The notes beneath the pieces are model-generated. The model was not told where the DNA came from. It did not search any database and was given only the letters and a program-made list of their open reading frames with translations. From Trichoplax adhaerens (lineage: Eukaryota > Animalia > Placozoa), in the NCBI RefSeq assembly GCF_000150275.1, contig NW_002060947.1, positions 4,330,335 through 4,394,334 of the forward strand: a stretch of DNA of 64,000 bases, given 5' to 3'. Below are positions 39,921-52,116 of this stretch, one piece after another; the first letter of the stretch is position 1; every line of letters starts with the position of its first letter. Made by a program: the position numbers and the translations under genes.

Positions 39921-41495
39921 ATAGGCAGGACTTAGAAGAGGCATTTTTGGATACTATATACAATTTGGGTTACGGGTATTAATCTGCATAACAAAGTAAT
40001 AAAAATAAGAATAGACACGGGAGCTCAGATGACGGTAATCGTAGAGGAAACGTTTAAAAACTTAGGCAAGATTAAACTAATTAAATCATCAAGATCTCTA
40101 TTTGGTCCAAATCGTATCCCCTAAAGTAAAATGGGATTTTCAAACGACAATTGAATTTACTATGGGGCTGCAATTTTGCGCTACGCATGTTATTTTTCTT
40201 AGTGAGAATCCCGTTTCTGACGCAATGTATGAATTTTTATTTACGAACATACGTTTATGGCTCGTAGCCTTTACAGAGAAAAAGAATTGAAAATGTGTTC
40301 CCTTACACGCGGTCCTTGCCTTAAACATCTGTCTATCGTTACGTACTTACTATCATGTACAATAATAGGTGGTACACTTATCCATGGGCTACTAGAAGAA
40401 AGTCTAGATAATCTGCTAGTATTACTGTATATTTCATATTCTTTAAGTTATTAGTATTATTTGGTAAAAACTTAGTAAGAATGACTTAGTAATATATATA
40501 TTAAGAAAATTGTATTTTCACTACAATTACGACTCTTCGGAGGGATAAAATGATTAATGTAAATATCACAAAAAAATCGATGTCACAATAATTGTACTAT
40601 TAATTATATTATATAATTACTACATTTAAGAAAAATTAAAGTACTTTCAAAATAAAAACTACATTATATTAAAAACTGACACAATTGATATGATATATCA
40701 ACCACATGATTTTATTTCCTTTATGAAATTCGATATAAAATAGTGGTATAAGGGAAGCGCATCTATAACCAACTAGCAGCTCATCAGCATCATTACCATG
40801 AAATACTGGTATAAGCATTCAATACAGAGCGTACTCAATAACAAGCTTTCTTTAACAGCTACAGTATATTAGTTTTAAGTTAACAAGCGAAATAACAATG
40901 ACTATTGATTAATTATTAGTGTCGGCTAAAATAAAAAGCTTTTAACGATGACATTCTGTAATACCACCAATCTTATCTTGACCTAAGAATATGAGAAACC
41001 TTAGCTTCAATTCTATTCTAAATACGTTAACTAAATTCAATCAATAAATAGAATCCTACATGACTTTCACCCTGAAATATAGTCAAATCTAAATTAAAGA
41101 GCAATGATCATCAGGGATAACGTCTGCGATGGCTAATATGGCATCTTAACTTGAATGCACTTCTAATTTACCTAAGTTCGCTATGTCCTAGGCTCCTAGC
41201 AGATACTGTATCAGTAACGACTAATAGCCTTTTTTAAAAATCTCCATATAAAAGTATTGAATAAGTGTCGCCGACTACTGACATCATTCTTCAGAGTAGT
41301 TGATCAATGTGATCTTAATAAAATATTCATATAAAGCGATTAAATATTAGTCAGCTTTGAAATACAAGTAGCAAACAAGTGCAATTTTCAGATGTGTAAC
41401 GTTATCAATAGTACAAATAGGAAGAAATTAAAAATTAAAACAGATTAATAATTATTTATATTAGTAATAGCGAAATTATTGCCTTCTACAATACA

Positions 41496-43130
41496 TTATT
41501 TTGTTTGAAATTGATTAGCTAATTTACTTAATTTGGCATGTTTGACTCTCGGTGTATGAATGATTGGATTCAATGCAGCATTGGTATAAGTAAATAGGAG
41601 AGTAATAGTTTTTATCCAAGCTGGTATTATCGCCATAGAATTGAGTATAACCGAGACAGTAAGAATAATAGTAAAAGGCGTCCAACAAATTATCATAGAG
41701 ATAATGTTGCCTCTTAAAACTTTAACATTAACTAAGATATGCTTTTTGGAGCGAATTGATGCTAATCTATCCAACAGAATTCTTGATCGCCGAAATGCTC
41801 TTGCTCTGTAACGATATCGGGGCGTTGGTGCCTTATTTCTATTTGAAGAAGGAGATTCATTTTCGGTACAAAGTTGGCCATTATTTCGATGGTTTTTGCC
41901 TTCGAAATTATCTATAGCTGTCGATATCATGGAAGTACCTGTAACGCATCGTGCACGTGAAACTGGAGCCATATCTTTCAAGTCTGTTAACGCAATAGTG
42001 GTAGATGCTACCGAAACCGGCGTTTTATTATCATCTCGACCTTTAGCAATTGAAGTATTATCGTGATGATATTCAGGCTCAGTTTGAGTATCGGTTTTAC
42101 TCCTTTCGATATTATTGTCGTCAGGGAATACATTGCTTTCTGGTAGTACCATTTGATTATTTGATGATTTCTTAATTTGATCTACAACTTCATCTGAAGC
42201 ACTAGTGTCTACTTTCAAACGGGTACTTCCTCGACGGAGGCGACGACGATGAAATGGAGCGGTTACGGACGAAAATATAGACCAAAAATTAGGACTGTCA
42301 TGATTTTGGGGGGACTTGGATGATTTCGAAATTTGATGAGATGGTATTACATTATCATCACATACATAATATGGTTGATCGCTATGTGAGGATCTTAATT
42401 CAAGGTGATCCGAAGTGGAATAACTACCTTTCTGCTTCATCATTTTTCGCAATTGTTGCCTGGCTGTAATAACGTTAGCTTTTATCTTAAGATAACATAT
42501 TATTAAGATGATCAAGGGTATTAAGTAAGCTGCTGAATTAATAACAAGCAGTATAACTAGACTGATGGATTGATTACTGGACCACTCATAAAAACAGTTA
42601 TTACCATTACTAGAATCGTTTGTTAATCGAATCAGGGGCAAGCTGGCAACCAAAAAAGCAAGCATCCAAATCGTAATTACTGAATAGCAACCATTGCGTT
42701 TAGTAAATATGCTTGCATACTTCATGGCACGAAGAGAAGCGTAATAACGGTCGAAAGCTACAGCCGCTAGACTCATGTTAGCAGCAATAGTTAAGACCAT
42801 GTTAATGGCACCAATTATTTCGCACCCTGCATGACCAAATGAATGATTAGGTTGCAAAATAGTGTAGAGATTTAAAGGCATAATAGTGCCAGCCTTTATT
42901 AAGTTAGCGCTAGCTAAATTGCTAACGTGTAATTTAGATACGATGCTTAACGAATGACATTTTCGGAGCGTAGCAAGCATAAAAAGATTACCCAAGAAAG
43001 CAATAATTAGAATGATAGATAGCAAGATAGAAAAGACAATATGAGTAGCCAAGTTGGTATCAGGATAAGATAAATTTTGATTCCCAGTACTGTTAATGTC
43101 ATCATTCGGGTTATAAGTAGTTCTTTCCAT
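41496..43130 (-). CDS. Class A GPCR, single coding exon, aminergic-like layout with ~250 aa third intracellular loop
   Basis: TM1 GN, TM2 SNLASAN, TM3 C...AFDRY, TM4 W, TM5 YLIPL...CY, long S/R-rich ICL3, TM6 CWTP, TM7 NAALNPIIH. Confidence 0.93.
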   Translation of the reverse strand: MERTTYNPNDDINSTGNQNLSYPDTNLATHIVFSILLSIILIIAFLGNLFMLATLRKCHSLSIVSKLHVSNLASANLIKAGTIMPLNLYTILQPNHSFGHAGCEIIGAINMVLTIAANMSLAAVAFDRYYASLRAMKYASIFTKRNGCYSVITIWMLAFLVASLPLIRLTNDSSNGNNCFYEWSSNQSISLVILLVINSAAYLIPLIILIICYLKIKANVITARQQLRKMMKQKGSYSTSDHLELRSSHSDQPYYVCDDNVIPSHQISKSSKSPQNHDSPNFWSIFSSVTAPFHRRRLRRGSTRLKVDTSASDEVVDQIKKSSNNQMVLPESNVFPDDNNIERSKTDTQTEPEYHHDNTSIAKGRDDNKTPVSVASTTIALTDLKDMAPVSRARCVTGTSMISTAIDNFEGKNHRNNGQLCTENESPSSNRNKAPTPRYRYRARAFRRSRILLDRLASIRSKKHILVNVKVLRGNIISMIICWTPFTIILTVSVILNSMAIIPAWIKTITLLFTYTNAALNPIIHTPRVKHAKLSKLANQFQTK

Positions 43131-44799
43131 TTATTTTAATTATTCTGTTATTTTACTTTCTGCTATCGGAAGATTATCTTTCGAAATTCAATTGTATTAA
43201 TACAGGGAATCTAAATTCTTGATAGCAAAGATAATGATATCGCTATTTGATGATGCTACTTTAGCTGACGATCTTTTTACCTCGCTCATTCCAATGTTGT
43301 CGATCCTGCAACTATCCAAAAATATATAATTTACAATTAATACTGAGTGATATTGACGTGATGATCTTTATTTATTTAATTAGCGTATAGAATTCTAACT
43401 ACTCTAGGTTCTTGGTTATGTTTGATTAAGATAACTCAATTTAATGTTTTAAGACAGAATATGCCGTATTCGATTAAAGTTCTAAATAGGCTGCTGTATC
43501 ATAGGCTATAAAATTTCTATTTTCAAATGGCTATGTCAGCTCTTTTTGGCAGTACTAAAATGCCGTGACGTTTCAGGAAAAATATTACAGTTATAGAACG
43601 GGAATCTTTTGTAAAGTTAAAAGAAATATTTTTCATTAAGTGCCAGGTATGACTAGCTCAATTGAAGCATTATACGTATAGCAACCGGCTACTTGAAAAT
43701 ATTCAACAGCAGGCTCTACATTTAATGCGATAATGTGAAATAATGTTGCTAAATATGTGTATCAAAGTAGCATTTACTGCTTAACTTGGGTGTATTGCTA
43801 CTACTTCTTGAACCTTTCCGTCGTTTTATCTATTAAGTTAAATTGCGAAAACAAATAATTAATGCATACGTGCGTTAACTTATGAATTAAGGATTTCTTA
43901 TGTTTTATCAAACAAGAGCGGATTAGCTATTGCGAAGAATTTATTATCAAAATTTTTCATAAATTTGATTTTTAAAATTAGCCAAGCGATGCTCAGAGAA
44001 CGGATAGATGTGTTAATAACAATCATGCCTCGTGCAATACTCCATTCAAATCATTACAGAAATATAACTACGGGTATGCTCTTGTCGTAGTTCTTTTCTC
44101 GACAATAGTAAATCTGTAAGCTCTGCTGTAGTTTCAGAGAAAACATATGCGCTGTAGACAGTAGCATTATAAACTATAAGATTTCATATCTGAATATCAC
44201 TTTTAAACATTCTAAATTTCTGATTAAATTTGATCGCTGTTAGACTATCAACTTATTAATAAGAGTATTTTACATCAATCACGTTACCGATAGAATGTTC
44301 ACATGAATACAACAGTTGTAAGATTCTCTTGACATGCATTGACAAGAAAGATGTTATGGAAAAGCATTGTAATATTTTTGTGTGATGAGAAATATACGAA
44401 GAAATCGATGTTTACGAAATGGATTAAAACCATTATACTAACTGATGAAGAAAGAGTACGAACGACATTTACTATATGTTGAAAGAAAAGTACTAATTTA
44501 GAAAATAAAGGTTAGATATTATCATCTATTAACCTTTGATACAATTTTACATTCATTCGAGATGTGAGTACATATTAAGAATCAATTCAATATTCAGTGA
44601 CAAAAGATTCTTTAAAAATGCCATAACTGACATTACTTATAATGATTGTATCTACCACGGTGCTACGAAGGTTACCAAATAGTCTAATATGAATCTCTTG
44701 AATAACATTGAAAGTGATATTTCATTTAATTTTTATCTATAATTATAATGAATCAATTATTAAAATAATAAATGGAATGTATTTATATTATAGTAAAAT

Positions 44800-45430
44800 T
44801 GGAAATATCATTCAAAGTAAAATGGGTTGTAAGAATACGTTTAACTGCAGGCAGGCTAACACGAGTTAGAAAATAGTACAGCGATATAAAATCTCTTAAT
44901 GCGTTAGCATTGAATGATTTGGTGAATGATTTATATGATATCGCGCCAGCGCTTAGGAAAGAAATCAGATGAACAGTTATTGTAAACTTTCTGTTAAAGA
45001 AATCAACTATAATTGTAATGTAAGAGTACATGATATTTAAATCTGATATAAGTAGCACTGATAGAGCACCACTGCCCGAAGGCTCGTAGATTACAATAAA
45101 GTCAGATATTTGTTTTAAAATTGTTGCGAATGGGTGATTATTAACGACTCTGTTAGTAATAGTTCACTCAAAAATGTATCCTGTAAGAGATTGCTTGTAT
45201 TTACGATAAAATGACTCCTATAGCTATTTATGAGCATATAATAAAATAGTTTCATTTCTTAGTTACTATAGTAAAGTGGCAAATTATCAATGTTACGGAC
45301 AAGATGCTCATTCAATCCCTTTATTTGCTGTCTATAATGCTAACGTTAAATATTCCAGAGCAATGTTGAAAGCGAAATGCAAAAAGATAACACCTAACCA
45401 CGAGTTAGCAATATTGCAATATTCCATGGG
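44800..45430 (-). pseudogene. Probable decayed GPCR related to the 35585-36535 gene
   Basis: PAVKRILTTHFT resembles PAINPILHAYFT (TM7). MYSYITIIVDFF resembles AIAYMAILIGLF (TM6). YCNIANSWLGVIFLHFAFNIAL resembles ACQILPLLGSALIINFNLHL (TM3) at about the expected spacing. Multiple stops. Confidence 0.4.
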
Positions 45431-48400
45431 TTTTTAGGCTTTAAGAATTGAGTTGTAATTATTCTTGGAGACTATGAATTACATTTCCGCATTTTCATTA
45501 GCCTATTATTCTGCTTGTGTAGTTTTCAAAATTGAACTTAAAATTAAAATAAGAAAAGTACTTCAAAGGCTGTAGACCATATACAAAAATACGGGTGATG
45601 TACATTATCTTTCATTCTCCAGGATTCGTAGTTGCTGTTAAATGTAATAACTGGAGCGAAATTATATGGAAGACTTTGTCAATGGGAAATAGCTATATCT
45701 TATAGACAAAGAGGTTATACTGTACTACGTACTAGTATAAAATTAAAATTGACGGTGAAGCAACCATTGCTATAGAAGATCAGAGGTTATGGAGAGGTGT
45801 TTTAAGAGCTGATAAAAATTGAGGAATAATAAATATTCGATAAAATCACTTACGAGTTAAATTTGTTTCACGGACTAGATATTATAAAGATATGTTTAAG
45901 AAATTTCGAATACTTAAGGAAGTTGATTTCAAAATACTATAAACAACACTTCTTAAAAATTAGATATTATCCTGGATGAACAGAAGCAAAATCGATATAC
46001 GTACACGCGTGTAAAATCTGAATACTTTTCGATAGTTTCTTATTTCATCAATATCGTAAATTTTATAGATACATTAATATAAACTGTAGTTTCTTCTATC
46101 ATTAATATCAGGATCGTCTAAAATGATGATGCATTAATTAAAGAAAGGTCAAATTGAAATAATCAGAATTTCAGAATTACGATTTTGTTGGTACTTTGGG
46201 TATTTATCATACAAACGACTTCATTCTTTGTAATCTATTGATACAATTATAATTATTATCAGTATCTGGTCGCCGGTGCTAAATAAATACGGTTTATACT
46301 ATATCAACGGAAGATAGTCAGAATAAATTTGTTGAACACGTACGACCGAATGATTATATTAACGGGTAATTCCAAAGTGCAGTCATAGTCGAAGTTCGTT
46401 TTAGTAAAGATTTGTAATATTCTAAGTATAATGCCTTAAGTTGATTTAAGATAACTTCATGTGCAATTCTATGCAAGACCTAGCAAATGGTAGAAGATAG
46501 CAAATTCTATTTTATGTGGTCGAAGTAAATTATAGCTTTACTTCATTTATCAGGAAGGACTGAAATACGATTAAATTTAAGTGTGCAAAAGTGATCCGAT
46601 AGTCATAGCTTACATTTTAATTGGATAATAGCAGATAATAATCGTAACTATGTAAAATATTATGCTGTATAATTGCTTATATTAGACAGTTTAAAAGCTA
46701 GAATTATCTAGAAATATTTACCTAATAATAGCTTGATAGAAGCTCAGCCATTAGACTATGACAGAAAAATTTGCCTCTTATAAAAATTCAGTCTCCAGGT
46801 CAATAGTTCAATTATTTCAATCTAAGCGCGAACGAAGAATTAAAGCAAAGAACTTAATTGAGTGTAGGTTGAAACTTTTCAGTGTTAATTTAATAATTTC
46901 CAAATCATTAGTATTCAAAATTTAAATTGCTGAAAATGATCTGAAAATAAATTGAATTACCACTGTTTTAAGCCTATAAATGATCAATTTTTCTGTCTGT
47001 AATATTGCTTATCAAGTTTTTGATAATATCCTGATCTTGAATTTAGTCCGTTTATATACTTTATAATATTGATTCTTATGTAAAAGAACACTGCTATTAT
47101 TATTTTTCTTATTGTGTCTGTATTTAGGTTGAATGCAACTGGGGTGGAATATATGTGTATTGTACGATGTAACTGTGGTGGCTTTGTCTCTTTTAGAGTA
47201 TACTTATAGGAAATATTGTATATTCACATAGGCAAATATGTAAATATGCGAAAGGAGGAAAGAATGAAAGGGTTCTATAAAGTATAATGGATTGACATTG
47301 GCTATTTCGATTATATTTTTAAAAATACGGCACTATAATTTTTCTATTACGATTAATAGATAAATGACAATTATTCATAATTTTAACCAGTCGTAGAATA
47401 ACCAGGGGAAATGAATACTAAAAAAATTAGGAAAATATAAAGAAAAATGTAATAGACGATATTAATAGTAACTTAAACGTCTTAAAAATTTTTTGACCTA
47501 ATCAAACAGATATCTTACTTGCTACCATTTTCTTCACTTTTAGACGTATTAATTATTTTCAATTATTATCGATGGCATTAAGACAATATTCTATCACGAA
47601 CTTATTGAATAGTCATTAGAAAACGTTTGTTGCGATCTTTACCTTGGTTTTATTGATTGTTTATTATCATTGATCTAAGAAGACTGTATGGCAATATAAT
47701 ACTGTATAATTAGAGAAAATAATTTTTTATAGTTCATAAATATTTAAGGCGACCTTTTTCTTAACTACAGTACCCTATTTTAAATAAAGTCAGTGACTAC
47801 AGTATATGCAGCCAAAGATTGGTACAAAAATAGGAAATATTATCAATAGTAATAGGGATAACAATAACAAATCGTAAGACAATATCACACTTTATCGAGG
47901 CATTATTAGTATTAACTGGTATGATTTTACTGTATCACTGTATTGCTATTATTATTCTTCACAGATGTTCTCTAACTTAATCGTTCGCTAATAGCTATCA
48001 TATGATATGTCATGTTATCGTCAACGATTACTATCTAGTTTAAGAATATCATTCTGTTGCTTACCACAACTCGAGCTACGATGCGATTGACTTGAATGTC
48101 AACGTAAATTGCGTAGCTATAGTACTTACAAGTACTCTTACGCTAATTTTTAAAATCTACATATCGATATTATGGATAGCTCGCTAGGCAAATTATTTCT
48201 GTTAGAATGGGCAGTGTATTTGGTAGGATACGCTACTGAGTTTATACGGTAGTTAAGTCGTAGCATCTAAATAGTAGCGTATCTGTTTTGCTATCGTTGT
48301 ATTTACAGTACATGATAATAATCTAATTGGAATATTCTCCTTCGTGGTTACTGTTTATTGTTCATTTGCTGGACTGGAGTAGATTGGGACTTTTTTCGTT

Positions 48401-49380
48401 TCGTTCATTAATTCAATAATATTGGGATCCGTTGCAATAGTATCCATAGTTACAATATCACAAGATCATAATATGGTACACTAACAAAATCAATATTGAT
48501 CATGCAGCAGCAGTTTCGGTCAAAGATAGATCAATTATTTTGATCTAGCTTGCTTTAAAAGTTATCTTTTTACAAAGCAGTTCTCATGGCCAATAAAAGG
48601 GAAATTATTATACTCTATATCATTTTTACATAGTTTTGGAGATATTTAATAAAGTAGGGGTTGGATTCTTACTATTACTGATGTAAACTTTCATTGACGA
48701 CAGAGGTCTGTAAAGCCTGATGAGCCTAGTGGCATCCCGTGGCGTCTTTCAAAGAATAATATCAAATCATGCTTTATGCATTAAAGTGATATTAAATGCG
48801 ATCGCCTAAACAATTTTAGGTCCAGTTATTGCGTTTGATAGTACAGTTTAAGATCCTAGGCTGTGGAGGTTCGTATGCCACATAAAAGAATCTGTATCAA
48901 GTTAGTCAATTTTTTAAGAAGGGAGAACTTGGTATGCCAAGAACAAAGCACAGGTTTAGTAGCATAATTATTCTGCATTACGCGTATTATTTCATGGGTT
49001 CATATTATTATATGATGGGGCATATAAACAGTGAAAATCTTTGTTAAACCTACTCATAATTTAGAGAGACACATATGGGTTGCTAGCATATTTTATGGTG
49101 AGCTAAAACAGCGCAGTTTTTGCATCACATTGACGGTTTGATTCCAAATTGTCAAGGCATACTAGAAATGACTACGTACCCGACCTCTAGGTATTGTAAG
49201 CTATGATAGTGCTGTAGTTGGGATTACTCCAGTACACTGTATTTTGATCACATGCGTTAACACAAACATGAAAGATAGTTACTGAATACAATATGGATGT
49301 ACACTATTACTCTATTTACGTTACCATTTTTCAGATTTTCAACTGGTAGTTGAGTATGCGGTTACAGCACTACCTGATTC

Positions 49381-49968
49381 AAAGATATGAATAGTTAAAT
49401 AATTCTTCTTCAGTTGTAAATGCTCAAGGAGTCTTTGAATATCGGTAGAGAACAAATGATAGTACTACTACCGTACAGAAAGTACGTGGGCTATCTTTAA
49501 CAGAATGGTCTGCCGGCTGGTTAAAGATATGAATGGTCGAATAATTCTTCTTCAGTTGTAAATGCTCAAGGGGTCTTTGAATATCGGTAGAGAACAAATG
49601 ATAGTACTACTACCGTACAGAAAGTATGTGCGCTATCTTTAACAGAATGGTCTACCGGCTGGTTAAAGATATGAATGGTCGAATAATTCTTCTTCAGTTG
49701 TAAATGCTCAAGGGGTCTTTGAATATCGGTAGAGAACAAATGATAGTACTACTACCGTACAGAAAGTATGTGCGCTATCTTTAACAGAATGGTCTACCGG
49801 CTGGTTAAAGATATGAATGGTCGAATAATTCTTCTTCAGTTGTAAATGCTCAAGGGGTCTTTGAATATCGGTAGAGAACGAATGATGGTACTTACGCTGT
49901 TACCGCGTTTATTCAAAAATCCGTCATTTTACAAAATATCTTTAACAGAATGATCTACCAGCTGGTTA
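49381..49968. repeat. Tandem repeat, ~142 bp x4
   Basis: aaagatatgaat.gt..aataattcttcttcagttgtaaatgctcaagg.gtctttgaatatcggtagagaac... recurs at ~49381, ~49523, ~49665 and ~49807. The inner copies are near-identical. Confidence 0.95.
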
Positions 49969-50564
49969 ATACAGTATTACATTTGCCTTTAGTCCAGTTG
50001 TATAGCCCGTAACAATAATTTCAACTGCTGAGCCATAAACGGCTACTTCTACTTTCATTTTCAGGTCTTTCTTGACTAGATTAACCCTTCAATTCATATT
50101 CATGCAGAATCATGCAGACTAAGACTGGTGTTGGAAGTCCCTGCTATTATTAATTATTAGTGCTATAGCACTGTAATGCATAATATACTGAACAGTATAG
50201 TAGTATTGAATATCAACTTGGACACGACCATTGGCTTAGGCGCAACAATGGTGCAATATGATCTTGTTGTCTTAAGCTCATTTCCACTGTACAAGACTGC
50301 GCTAGATAAAGATCGATCCGTATCCAGTGGACTACTGTGGTTACGCTGACGTTCCAGTGTACAGTACCGTCAATCCATAGTAGTGTAAGTTGCAGGGAAA
50401 CTTTGCAACTTTTCAATCGCTTCGATATAAATATGGTAATCCAAAAGTATCTTGTGCATAAGATTGATACTTTCCAACGATAGAAGAAGTGTTCTACTAC
50501 AGCATTTTTCTGTCAAAATGATCGTCAAGAATTTAGATTGGACGCGAACAACTACGAATATTCT

Positions 50565-50715
50565 TCCTGTACAGTACTGTATACTGTACACTGTACACTG
50601 TACAGGATATTTTTATGTCCGATTTTGATACCGCTTTGGTCAGTGGCCATGTGTACAGTACAGTACTGTACGTACTGTACTGTACACATGACCTCCGTGG
50701 GGTACAGTACTGTTC
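50565..50715. promoter_or_regulatory. TACAG/CTGTA cluster upstream of NIPA2-like gene
   Basis: Dense pentamer runs ~1.4 kb upstream of the ATG, just before the triplicated block. Confidence 0.4.
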
Positions 50716-50996
50716 ATGTCTAAAAATATCCATTACATAACACCCAGGTGATCTGTCTTACCACCACTACAGAGGATGAGTCATAGTTAAACCGAGCCGA
50801 ACCGCACCGTACCAATCCATCGCAGCCCTATGCATCTTATTCATGTACAAACTCAGGGGGTGACAATTGGGTTTGTAAAGGGTGTACAGTAGAGTACTGT
50901 ACCTGTAGTAATAAGCTTCTACACTACATTAAAATGTAACTCAAATGCTATGGAATGTAACGACTCTTAACTCTTAATCAGTATTTGCTTATTAAG

Positions 50997-52030
50997 ATCA
51001 CTGGTCGACGCTTTTCAAAGTGACAAAATACTTTGATAAACACCCGTACAGTACACGGTGTTCCGTACTGTAGCCTACCGTACTGTACTGGACTGTACAC
51101 TGTACTAGTTTTTCCTCGGGTTTTACAGTACTGTATACTGTACTGTACGATACAGTACCGAACTATACACTGCTACTCACTGTAGACTCAGTTCATTTAG
51201 AGAACAAATTTACCGAAAGGAATCATTATTATTGACTCTATTCTATACTTAGGGTCACCAGGGTGAAATTTGATTTTGATTCCCAAGTCAACTGCATCTT
51301 CCAAGATCCTTTTTAAGGTCACTGGTTGATGCTTTTCAAAGTGACAAAATACATACTGTACTGTACAGTACTTTGATACACACTGTACTGTACACGGTGT
51401 TCCGTACTGTAGCCTACCGTACTGTACTGTAGTTTTCCCCGTTTTCTACAGTACAATGTACAGCATACTGTACACTGTACACTATCTAAAGAGAAAATCA
51501 ACATTGCTGCTACAGTGTACAGTGCACGGCGTACAGTACTGTACTGTACACTGCTACTCACTGTAGACTCAGTTCATTTAGAGAACAAATTTACCGAAAG
51601 GAATCATTATTATTGACTCTATTCTATACTTAGGGTCACCAGGGTGAAATTTGATTTTGATTCCCAAGTCAACTGCATCTTCCAAGATCCATTTTAAGGT
51701 CACTGGTTGATGCTTTTCAAAGTGACAAAATACATACTGTACTGTACACTGTACTGTAGTTTTCCTCGTTTTCTACAGTACAATGTACAGCGTACTGTAC
51801 ACTGTACACTATCTGAAGAGAAAATCATCATTGCTGCTACAGTGTACAGTACAGTGCGCGACGTACAATACCGAACTGTACACTGCTACTCACTGTAGAC
51901 TCAGTTCATTTAGAGAACAAATTTACCGAAAGGAATCATTATTATTATTGACTCTATTCTATACTTAGGGTCACCAGGGTGAAATTTGATTTTTGATTCC
52001 CAAATCAACTGCATCTTCCAACATCCTTTC
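50997..52030. repeat. Tandem triplication (~320-380 bp units) of the NIPA2-like upstream region
   Basis: tcactggt.ga.gcttttcaaagtgacaaaatac...[TACAG tract]...agactcagttcatttagagaacaaatttaccgaaagg...tagggtcaccagggtgaaatttga...caactgcatcttccaa starts at ~50997, ~51318 and ~51699. Confidence 0.95.
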
Positions 52031-52116
52031 AATATTGGACAGTAATAACTTTCAACAAATCGACCCATTTGCAGCTGTTACCTTGTCAGTCTACTACGTT
52101 CGTTGATAGGGTGAGG

